From Cyanophora paradoxa CCMP329 (Eukaryota; Plantae; Glaucophyta), in the NCBI GenBank assembly GCA_004431415.1, contig QPMI01000511.1, positions 62,406 to 126,405 of the forward strand: 64,000 nucleotides of DNA. Reading direction: 5' to 3'. Below are positions 37,001-47,000 of the stretch, piece by piece. A program made the position numbers and the translations under genes. The notes below the pieces were generated by a model. It worked only from the letters and a program-made list of their open reading frames with translations, did not search any database and had not been told where the DNA came from. The stretch's first letter is position 1, and each line of letters starts with the position of its first letter.

Positions 37001-38424
37001 GCTCTGCTTCTTGAGCGCTGCTGTAAGCTGAGTTGCGAACACCTGAATTCGAAAGAGATCTTGTCAATGCAAGAAAACACAACACTAGTGCTAGTGCTAG
37101 AAGCTTAAGTATCCGGTTCGCCTGAAATCTGTTCTTGCGCAGTTTATGGTGCTCAGCAGCAATGGCGTTCGCTTTGGGCAAATTGATCGAATTCAACTCA
37201 AGCTTCCTCTTGTACTTCAAATGGTAATCCGCGTTCAGCCTGAAAGGAAAATACCGCGTCACGCATGCAAGTAAACGTAAACATGTTCGAGCATCGATAT
37301 CCAAAGAGTGCGCACAAAAATGTGGCTTTCAAGCCGTTTGGCTTTGTGAGGAAGCGGTTGAGAAGGCCCCCGGGAGCGAACAGCGTCATCCAGAAATCTT
37401 GCGGGATCGGCTGCATATAAATGCATCAATATATAGTGCAATGTTAGTATATCGAGTGTAATGTTTTACCAGTAAGCCAACAAGCAGGAAGATGTGCAAG
37501 TGCTCAAAAGTTTCTGCAAAGAGTTTCCGGATGACAGCCGAGCGATAGGAGTCTGAGATCGCAAATCTGTTCGAATTCGCGTAGGGCGTATGCATGTAAT
37601 TAAATATGATCATGAACCGGTATCAAAGCATAGGCTTCGTACCCAGGAACATCAACGAGAACGAGGCCTGCGAAAAATTCCAAAATCAGGATTTTCAACG
37701 CTGACTAGCTATAGCGCGGTTCTTGAATAATTGCGTTCGCGGGCCCCGCCTGTGGACCCACCTGACTCGAGCAGCGGGCAGGGGAGGAAGACGTCGACCT
37801 CGTCGAGGATGCTCCACTGGAGGAAGCGGCTGGGGCTTTCATCATCGTCGCCGTAGCTCGCCGCGTCGCCGGCGGTCGTCGCGAGCAGCAGGCGGTGGAG
37901 GAGGGCGAGGGCGGCGGGGAGGGGGCCCGGGAAGACGATCTGCCGGTGGAGGCCCAGGAACTGCAGGTGATCCCGCGGCAGTCTGAGCTGATCCGGGTCC
38001 ATCTGCATGATGAGCTCCGCGTTTTCGATAAGGCTCATGTTGCAGAGGTGACATGCTTCGTCCAGCGTTTCCCGGTCAACCTGCACGTGGGATCACAAGA
38101 GCATTAATATTGCCGCGAGCTATTTTGCATCAGCCGACAGCTGCTAGATATGCACACCTCCTTACTGCTGCTTTCACGGCACCCCACCAGCTCCGCGCGT
38201 GCCTTCTTGAGCCTTTCGTACACGTGGGAGGCACTTTTGTACTTGAAGACTACAGCAGCCTGCTTGCCATGCTTGATTCGTGTAACGACGGATGTTGTGA
38301 CTTGCGGCATCGCCGGCAACAGTAGGTCTCCGTTAGTTTGCTCCTGACTGGTTCATATATAAGTGGGCTCTTGCCAAAGGTCGAGCTCTCGAGCTTGCCC
38401 CTTCGCTGTCAATGCATTGTTAAC
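34053..38424 (-). pseudogene. Multi-exon dynamin-superfamily (Dynamin_N, SLIP-GC/bacterial dynamin-like) GTPase gene, 5'-truncated
   Basis: NNALTAK...LLLPAMPQVTTSVVTRIKHG (post-G1 and G2), VDVFLPCPLLES|GLVLVDVPG (G3), long helical C-terminal region. No GxxxxGKS upstream of NNAL. Confidence 0.62.
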
Positions 38425-38602
38425 CCTCGGAGGTTGCATGAGTCACGCGTCACGGAGGTTTGGGTGTTATATTGCGATCAGGGACGCGCTGCACTAACAG
38501 GGGGGCTAGCACTAACTGGCGCGGGGAGTAACACGTCCGACGTACCCCTCGGGGCCTCCGGCCTCTAACTATGCTCAGGCTCTAACTGAATGCTGTACCC
38601 CC

Positions 38603-39334
38603 TCACTGGCCGAAGTGCGACGGTCCCCACTCGAGGTCGGGGTCGGGCCTTGGGGGCCTCCGGCGGGGTACGATGCTCCCGCTTGCCAGCTCCATGTACT
38701 CCCCCACGGGGTTGTCTTCGTCTGCGAGGTCCTTATAGTTGCCCTTTACGAGATCCGCTGTCGCTTTGCGCCAGCGAACGGCCACGTTGTACGTGTTGTC
38801 GATGATGTTCTGCACTGTACCCTCCATGGGTGTTAGGGAAGGTGTGTAGTTGAGAAAGGCGAGGTCTCTCTCGCGCAGACTCAATTCCCTTTCGTAGTAC
38901 TCCACTGCGCTTGGGAGGGCCCTGAGCTCCACCGCGTGCTCGCCCGGGTCCGACGAGCTAATGAGCCCGGAGCGCTGCAGTGCGTCTACAGCCGCCCGCA
39001 GCACGATTTTGCCCACCCCCCGCATCGAATTCCTCTGCTCGGGCGTCCCGTATTCCCCCTGCGGCCCGTAATCGTTGTAGTAGCTTTCTATTTCGACGGT
39101 GGCTGGCTTATTGCCGACCTGAGGCTGAACAGAGCCGTACACCCATGCCATGGCGTCATTGTCCGCTGAGCGGGCTTTCTTGGAAGGGGGCGGCAGCACT
39201 TCGATTTTGAACTCCCTGGTCCGTCGGTTGACGAGTGTTTTTAGATTGAGGGGGAGGCGCGTATCCCCGAATTTATCAGGAAAGAGGCGGTGTAGCTTAA
39301 ACCACGCTTCCTGATCACCGTAGGTGTACGACAT
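38603..39334 (-). CDS. Viral GNAT-family acetyltransferase
   Basis: Motif A MRGVGKIVLRAAVDAL and motif B VELRALPSAVEYYERELSL. Intronless. Start MSYTYG chosen from the upstream motif. Confidence 0.65.
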   Translation of the reverse strand: MSYTYGDQEAWFKLHRLFPDKFGDTRLPLNLKTLVNRRTREFKIEVLPPPSKKARSADNDAMAWVYGSVQPQVGNKPATVEIESYYNDYGPQGEYGTPEQRNSMRGVGKIVLRAAVDALQRSGLISSSDPGEHAVELRALPSAVEYYERELSLRERDLAFLNYTPSLTPMEGTVQNIIDNTYNVAVRWRKATADLVKGNYKDLADEDNPVGEYMELASGSIVPRRRPPRPDPDLEWGPSHFGQ

Positions 39335-39390
39335 TTGCTCGCGGCTCGCTGAGAATTTATACCTGTACCCCCACTCCCGGTCGGGGTACC

Positions 39391-39969
39391 TCATTCGAGC
39401 CTCCTACGCTTCGCCTCCTTCTCTTCCGCTTCGCGTATGTACTGCTCCTGCCAGCGGGGGGGTAGCATCTCCAGGGGCATTGTGTAGTTCTCCTCGAGTG
39501 ATTCCTGCCAGGGTAGCAGGGGCCGCGGCATCTGACGATTGTAACTGTCGCGGATGTGGAAGTAATCGACTACCCAGTTACGGAACACCTCCAACGGTTG
39601 GTAGGGCTCGTTTGCCGTCGTCAGAGGCCGCTCGGCCGTCCACCACTTCTCGAAGATGAGCCGCTGAATCTCTTCTGGGAGGTGCGGTATCATGCTCTTC
39701 CGGCTCACGAATGCCATCCAGAGCTGTTTCAGTACGTTTATGATACCGTACTCCCCAAAGCCCCAGCGGTAGGGTCCGGCGGGCCGCATGTCCATGCTAT
39801 CCCCGAACGCGTTCATGGCCAAATAGAGATTCGGCTTCAGCTTGTTGTACGGAGGTACGTATCCATTGCGTTTGGCCCCCGTGTTCGCTCTTATCCAGGG
39901 GATCAAATCTCTAACGTTCTCCACCATTCCCTTCACCTCGTCCCTCGTTGTTAGCTCGGGGTATGACAT
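39391..39969 (-). CDS. Viral hypothetical protein with an F-box-like LPEEIQRLIF segment
   Basis: Intronless ORF starting MSYPEL, ordinary amino-acid composition, divergent from YqaJ. Confidence 0.65.
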   Translation of the reverse strand: MSYPELTTRDEVKGMVENVRDLIPWIRANTGAKRNGYVPPYNKLKPNLYLAMNAFGDSMDMRPAGPYRWGFGEYGIINVLKQLWMAFVSRKSMIPHLPEEIQRLIFEKWWTAERPLTTANEPYQPLEVFRNWVVDYFHIRDSYNRQMPRPLLPWQESLEENYTMPLEMLPPRWQEQYIREAEEKEAKRRRLE

Positions 39970-40012
39970 TTGCAATTGCACACATCGAGAAATTCTAAAC
40001 GCTACTGCAACG

Positions 40013-40648
40013 ATGGACCTACAACAGGGGAGCGCGGCGTGGCACGCTGCGCGCCGCGAAAAGCTAACCGCCTCGAACTTTGCCGCCGCGTGCGGCATCA
40101 ACCCGTGGAAATCCAGGGCCCGCCTCTGGGCGGAGCTGAGCGGGATCGCGGAGGAAAACAACTTTGACAACCCTGCCCTAACCTATGGGCATGACTATGA
40201 GCCCCTCGCGGTCTCTATCTACAAGGCACTGAACGATAACGTGGACATTCAACACACTGGACTGCACGAACACAAAGAAATGCCGTTCCTCGCCGGGAGC
40301 CCCGACGGACTGATAGGAAATGATAGGATTTTAGAGGTGAAATGCCCGTACAAGGGCGAACTTTATGATAGAGTTCCTACCTATTACATGCCTCAACTTC
40401 AGGGACTTCTGGACATCACGGGCCGCGAGTGGGCCGAACTTTTTTGCTTCACTCCTCTGCGCGTGCAAACGTGGTACGTCAGGCGCGACGAGAGGTACAT
40501 CGAGCTCATCAGGAAGTGCTTACATCTATTTTGGATGCACGTCAAGGAGGGTACGCCGCCCGAGCCCTACAGCGATCGAATGAAGTCAGAGAACCTCAGC
40601 GAGGAGCAGGCGGCGCTGCGCGAGTTTAAGTCGTACGCCCTCCTCTAG
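40013..40648 (+). CDS. YqaJ-like viral recombinase / lambda-exonuclease (PD-(D/E)XK)
   Basis: QGSAAWHAARREKLTAS, YGHDYEPLA, FLAGSPDGLI, LEVKCPY, YYMPQLQG. Confidence 0.93.
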   Translation: MDLQQGSAAWHAARREKLTASNFAAACGINPWKSRARLWAELSGIAEENNFDNPALTYGHDYEPLAVSIYKALNDNVDIQHTGLHEHKEMPFLAGSPDGLIGNDRILEVKCPYKGELYDRVPTYYMPQLQGLLDITGREWAELFCFTPLRVQTWYVRRDERYIELIRKCLHLFWMHVKEGTPPEPYSDRMKSENLSEEQAALREFKSYALL

Positions 40649-40699
40649 TGTCCCGACCCTCTCAGATATTAATTTAAAGATCTGGGAGGGTCGGGACAC
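40648..40699. terminator. 20-bp stem hairpin between convergent viral genes
   Basis: GTGTCCCGACCCTCTCAGAT-(ATTAATTTAAAG)-ATCTGGGAGGGTCGGGACAC with one G:T pair, starting at the YqaJ stop. Confidence 0.6.
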
Positions 40700-40734
40700 G
40701 TCTCTTGGTCGGACTCACCGTAGCTTGGTGTAGC

Positions 40735-43711
40735 TCAGGCCCAGGCCGGGTAGGCGCGTCTGTAATGAATCAGACCGCGCAGGATTTGGTCGAGCTGCTC
40801 GGTGCAGGGGGGCGGGAAGGCGAGGCCGCGGAGGGCCATAGAGACGTAGCGGAAGGGGTGGGGGAGGCGGCCCCTGTTATCCCACATGGCGTCCACTATG
40901 GCGTTGTGGACGGTTTGCTCGGAGAGGGGACGGGCCTGCGCGCACCGTTTCAGGGCCCTCAGCAGCCCTCGAAGATGTTGGAGTTGGCGTGCACCAGGGG
41001 GAGGGAGGGCTGGGACGGCGGCGGCGAGCCCGGGGCCGAGCCCTGGGTGGCGAGGGCCTGCGAGGGCGCCGGCTCCAGCTCCATCTCGAAGACGCCGCCC
41101 TCGACGTCGACGGTCACGGGCGGCGAGGCCGGGATCGCGCCGGCCTGCTGCGTGGCGGGGACCTGAGCCGAGAAGTTCTCGAGCCGCCACTCGCGGCAGC
41201 CCTGGCACTCACCTGGACGAAGGCGGTGCGGTTGGCGACGGGCGGCGTCGGTAGGGCCTGCGTGGGGGCGTCACTTACAGAAGCCGAAGGCGCCGGCCTT
41301 GTGGGGCGGGGCGTCGGGGTCGCGGGGCGTGCTATAGGCCTCCGAGCCTTCCTCAGAGTCACTCACCGAGCTGAGAGGGTGCGGTGAGAAGAGGCCGAGG
41401 CGGGCCTTCTTGGCGGGCAGGAGGTGGGAGCCGTTGAGGGCGCAATCGGCGCGGTGGGCACACCTCTCTCCGTAGGTGGGGCAGAGGGCCGGGGCCGAGG
41501 GCGCCGGAGCCAAGGACGCCGGAGCCGAGGACGCCGGGGGCTGGAGGAGGCGGTGAGAGGGGCCGAGGAGGAGAGGAAGGGGGAAGGGCGCGGGCACCGG
41601 CGCCTCGACGTCCCAGTCCGCCAGCTCGGGGAGGCCGTGCTCGTCGAACGCCAGCGCGGGCCGCCCGCTGAAGCCGAACGGGGCGGGGGGCGAGAGCGCG
41701 TTGTCCCCGACGCCCCAGACGGCGCTGAACGCCGCATCGTCCCAGCGCGCCTCCGCCTCCGCCTGGCCCTCGTCCCTTGCCTCGTCCACCTCCTTGGCAG
41801 AGAGCGACCCGATCTTGATGATGGAGGCCTGGATCAGCACAAACTCGCGCTGGAAGAATTGGACGAGCGGGATGGTAACTGCGGGAGAGGGGGTGAGCGG
41901 GGAGAGCGCGGGGCGCAGGCCAAGGGCGGGGGCGCAGGCCAAGGGCGGGGGCGCAGGCCAAGGGCGGGGGCGCAGGCCAAGGGCGGGGCGGACGCACATT
42001 CGATGCCGTAGGCCACCTCCTTGATGTAGCGGCCCCGGCGGCCGATCTCCTTGGCCAGCATGCTGCACTCCTTGCGCGCCGGGTGGCCGTGGCCCCACTC
42101 CATGGCGATCATCGCCTTCGCCAGACGGACGCCCTCGATGTGCCACTCGTCCATCTCCGCCTCCAGCTTGGCGCAGATGCGCATCCAGAAGAAGACGCGC
42201 TTGAGCTTGTCGCGGTCGAATTCGGCGTCGCCGCTCTTGCTGCCCCAGTCGCGCAGGTCCGTCTCCTCCGCCTTCTTCACCTTCTCGTACCAGCACTTGA
42301 TCTTCTCCGCCTGGCGCTGGAACTCGTCCGCCCGCGCCGTGAGAACGTCCGACTCCTCCTGCGCTCCGAGGGCCCGGGTCAGGGAGGAGAGGCGGGCTAA
42401 GCGGGGCGGCGGCGGACCGTGTGCGAGAGCTCGCCGACGATCACGGAGATGGCCGCCGAGAGGATCTCACGGGCGCGGGCCGGCCCGTTTGGGTGGCCCT
42501 CGCGCAGAACCTCCTCCAGCTTCAGCACGGCCGTCCGCATGAGATCGCGGTGGCGCTGGCGGGTCTCGTCGCTCCGGCCCTGATCCACGAGAAGCTGGAG
42601 CTGGGGCCGCATGCCGGAGTCGCAGACGCTGGCGTACTTCCGAAGGGCCGCGCAGGAGAGCACCTTCTGCACGCTGACCAGCCAGTACGCGTAGCCCAGC
42701 GGGCTCTCCGCGCTCGGGTTCTCTCCGACCTGCGGACGCGACCTTAGCGCGCGCAGGGGCAGGGGAAAGGGGAAAGGGCGGGCTCTCGCGCACGTAAATG
42801 TCATCGGCGCAGGAGAGGAACATGTGATCAACGACGTCGAAGAAGCCGCCGGACGGGAGCGTGCCGACGCCGTGGTACGCGCCGTTGGTGGTCTCGCCGG
42901 CGCAGATGCCGGCCTGGACGGTGACGGTGTACTGCGAGGCCGGCGGCCCCTCCTTCACGTAGACGAAGTTGAGGTCGTACTTCTTGGCGTACGTCGGGTT
43001 GATGCGCTTGGTGACGATGACGTAATCGCACCGAACGCCGAGGCCGGACGGGCTGGCCTTCTCCTTCTCCGTCACCGACGCCAGGCACTGATCCCGCGCG
43101 ATCAAGAGCTGCGGCGGCCCGCGCGTGAGCAAGCGCGGGCACGCGAGCGCAGGGAAGGGCCCTCACCCCGTGGGCGCCGCCGCTGCCGGATTTGAGGTCC
43201 GCGAGGAACTCCTTCTGCTCCGGAGTGCCGGAGAAGATCGCGCGCGGATGGAAATCGCGATGGAGCGCGATGCTGTTGAAGCAGCCCGCCGCCGCATTGT
43301 CGGACATCAGCAACAGCGCCACATCGCCGTGCGTGAAGCCGTACTTCGCCTTCACATACTCCGGCAGCTCGTGAATGCTGTAAGGCACGATCTGCGCGCG
43401 GGGCACGCGAGCCGGGGCATGTGAGCCGGGGCCGAAGCGGTGCGGGCGAAACCGCGAACCTCGTTGAACTTATTAACCGGCGTGAACTGGCCCTTGGTCT
43501 TCAAGCGCTTCGGGTGGCCGTCCGTGTTCTGGATCTTCTTCAGCCCGCCGAACGGCTCGAAGCGCGGCACGCCGGCCGAGTTGAACACGCTATCGCAGGT
43601 CATCGCGTTGAGCGCCTCCTCCGCCGATAGGCTGCCGAGATCGCGGGCTATGCTGTCCTGCTCGCCGGGCTGCTGCTGCTTCGCGCAGGAGCGGAAGGTC
43701 GCCGCCTGCAT
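40735..43711 (-). CDS. Large intron-containing hypothetical protein within the provirus
   Basis: GT-AG introns 43392-43459, 43109-43166, 42730-42793, 42359-42417 and 41879-41997 join the ORF fragments in frame. 3' end is either 41271 or 40735. Confidence 0.7.
41911..41988. repeat. ~4 x 19-bp tandem repeat (GGGCGCAGGCCAAGGGCGG) inside an intron
   Basis: Read directly. Confidence 0.9.
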
Positions 43712-44016
43712 CGCGAGTGTTACTGCCCGCGATGTCTCAACGGATTCCGTTCAACGTCGTACCCCCGCTGGCTTGTTCCCTCCCCCAACTCGCAAAGACT
43801 CAGACTTGAAGCGCGCTCCCCCCCCCCCTCAAAATGCGTACCCCCCTTGGGCTCGAACCCCGGTCGGTTTCTCGCTTTTTTGACTGCCCAGTCCGGCGAT
43901 GCAATGCAGGCCGCTCGTTCAAATCGGCTGGGAACTTGGCGCCAGAACCTTCGCAGCGCGCGCAGCACTCCCAGCAGAGCGCGCGCAGCAGCGGCGGCAG
44001 CATCGGCGGCAGCAGC

Positions 44017-47000
44017 ATGTCTCGGCTCGCGCTCCCTCCGGAGATCCCGGCTAAGCTGGCGAGGAACACGCTGTACGACGTTCTCTGCGTCGGCGACAGC
44101 TTCGGCGTCGATTGGACGGTTTTCGAGGCCGGCATCAGCGACCAGGCAAAGGAGGCGCAGGCCCGGGCGCTGGAGGACGGCGTGCAGTTCAGCCCGAACA
44201 GCAAGGATGTGCTGCGCAAGACCGAGCTGGCCGAGCGCAAGCGCAAGCTGGCCGCGGCGCGGACCTTGAACCTCGAGGGCGCCCCCGGCCCGTCGGTGCA
44301 GTTCTCCATCGACTCCGTCCTGTCGCGGCTGCGGCTCGCGGAGGTGCTCGCTGCCTCTTTCTCTCTGCGCTCGCAGCGGCTGAGGCGCCGCGGCGCATCG
44401 CAGGACGCGGACGTGCGGGCGATGCACGCGGCGCTGAACATGACGGAGGAGAACTTCGACACGCCGAGCAAGCCGAAGCCCGGGCGCGATGCCGACGCCC
44501 GCCGGCTGTTCGCGGCGCAGCGCCTGCGGCTGCTCATGGGCGCCGTGCCCCGGCACCTCGCCAAGGGCGAGTGGCGTACGATTGGCCTGCTGGCGGGCCC
44601 GGAGGAGTTCTACTTCAACCGCATGGCGGAGGCGGCCCCGCACCTGCTCTGGCTGCTGGTGCTCAGCTCGGACCCGGCCTACACGCCCGAGGTGCGCCCC
44701 CGGCCCGCGCCGCCCGGCCGCCCCTCCCCGCCGACCCCCGCCGGCCCGCAGAGGCTGGCGAAGGGCATCATGGGCGTCGAGGCGCGCTGCATCATGCGGA
44801 ACAGCCGCGCGTTCATCACGCGCCACGAGAGCTCGGCGGTCTGGGGCGAGCGGCCGGACACCGGAGTCCTCACCGACGCCTACGCCATCCGCATCGTGCT
44901 GGAGGCGGCCTGCCGGACGTGCCGGGACCGCCACGGGCGCCAGGGCATCTGCGCCTTCGACCTGGTTCCTGAGTTCGAGGTGCCCGGCGTCACCATCGGC
45001 GACCGCGTGCAGGTGCGCCGTTTCTATTTGGATGCTATTTAGATGCTATTTAGACTATTTAGATGCCATTTAAACCCCCTCGCAGGTCATCCGCCGGTGC
45101 TCGATGCCGGACTCGCACGGGCGGCCCATGATCCACGGCGCCGTGAAGTTCATCACTGAATTCGCACACACCGAGACAGTACAGCTAGTGATGTAACTGG
45201 GGTGTCTGACTGTGTCATGTCGAAAGGTAACAATTTAGGCTAAGGCGCAATGCTAGCCATCAGAAACCGGACAGGGTGGAGCTATTGTACTGAGGAAAGC
45301 GACCTACACACACCTAGCAACGCTACTTACTCCTACCTAGAGAGCCAAATCAGGACAGAGCAACCATAACCCCCCCTCAAGACGTGGGAGCCTACAGGAG
45401 AGAACCCAGGTATAAGCAAGGATATGGGGTTGGAGCCGCGCAGCCTGAACTATAGCCCTCCATCTGATAGGGAAGATGCGCACTAAGGGAGCAAAACCAG
45501 CTAACCCCAGGGAGGGCCGGAAACCGGAGCCCGTGAGAGCCCGGGTGAAAACCGGCGGGCGCACAGCATCGCCGGCCGAAGCCGGCGACCTGTGCTCCTC
45601 GGCCGAGAGATACCTCCTCCAGCTGGCGCGCGTGCGCACGCGGAATCCGCTGCGGCGGGGGTTGGGAGGCCCCGGGCCGCCCGAGTGCTCAGAAGCACGT
45701 CGCCTCGCCAGGAATCCAAGCATCTGTGCGGCAGCGACGCCCACGGCCGCGACGCGGGCGTGCACTCACACGACCGACGATCATCTGCGCGGGCGCAGCA
45801 CAGGTCGCCGGCCCCATAGCCGCGGGCGGCCGATCGTTGCCGCAGAGAAGTGCTTGGGCTGAACGAGAGAGCAGCTGCTGAAGCCGCCGCTGGTGTCCGC
45901 TGGAGTGGCTCGCCGAACCGACCCACGGAGCGGATTCCTAACGGACGCGCGGCTAACCGGCTAGAGGAGGGGTGGAGGCACCGCCAAGGTGATTCGCGGC
46001 AGCCGGAGAGGCGCCCAGCGGGCAGGAGCCCGCCACCTACTTTCTCTCCAGGTCGGGGTACGCGAATCTGCGGCGCCGTGAAGTACGTGGTGCCGCGGCG
46101 CACCCTCGCCCTCACCTTCTTCGTCCCCGTCTTCGACAAGGCGGCCGCCGCCGCCGCCGCCGCCGCCTCCCGCCCCCGCCCCATGCTCGCGGCCGCGGAG
46201 TCCTCGGATTCCGACTCGGATTCCGAGGCGGAGCGCGAGGCCGAGGCCGCCGCCGCGGCCCGGGCGCTGGACTTCACGGAGGAGGAGCTGGAGCGGGCGC
46301 GGAGCCTGCCGCGCGCCGGCCAGGCGATGGCGGCGGCCTTCCAGGCGGCGATCGGCGAGGCGACGGCCTCCGCCTCGGGCGCCCGGGCCGGCGGCAGCAA
46401 GATCACGGCGGAGGGCCTCGCGCGCGCCATGCGCGTGGCCCAGGCCCAGGCCCAGGCGAAGGGCAAGGGCAAGGGCAAGGCCGCCTACATCGACCTGCGG
46501 TTCGAGGAGGAGGAGGCGGGTGCCCCGGCGGCGCGGCGCGATCTCGGCGAGGAGATGGAGGCGGCGGCCCCCCAGCCGACCGGTGCGCCCTCCCCGCCCC
46601 TAATTTCTGAGCCTAGGGCGTTCCAGAGGCGCCAAGGAATGACCCTGCCCTCAGAGGAGGAGCTGGAGGCCGAGCGCGCGATGGAGGAGGAGGCCGCGCT
46701 GGCGGCGGCGGCGGACGCGAAGGCCTCGCGCGAGCTGGAGGTGGCGGAGGAGTACGCGATGGAGCTGGAGCGCGAGCGCGAGCGCGAGGGCGAGCCCGAT
46801 GCGGAGCTGGCGGCGACGGTGGAGGCGGGGGCGGGGGACACCTTCGAGCCCGAGCCCCCCGTCGACGAGTTCTACCCCCTCCCGCCCTCCCCCTCCCTCG
46901 ACGGCGCCCCGCCGCCGCCCATCGAGGAGTTCTCGGACGACGAGCCCGGCGACGCCGGCCCCAGGCCGCCCTCGTCTCCCCCGCCGCCCGCCCGCCCCCG

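Noticed and set aside
38419-38426. Telomere-like TAACCCT at the junction
   Set aside because: Single unit, not an array.
45021-45071. (TATTTAGATGC)-like tandem repeat as a regulatory array
   Set aside because: Lies within intron 45013-45085; simple slippage is sufficient to explain it.
45150-46070. Group I/II or spliceosomal intron
   Set aside because: Flanked by a 14-bp duplication and lacks GT-AG or GUGYG...AY ends.
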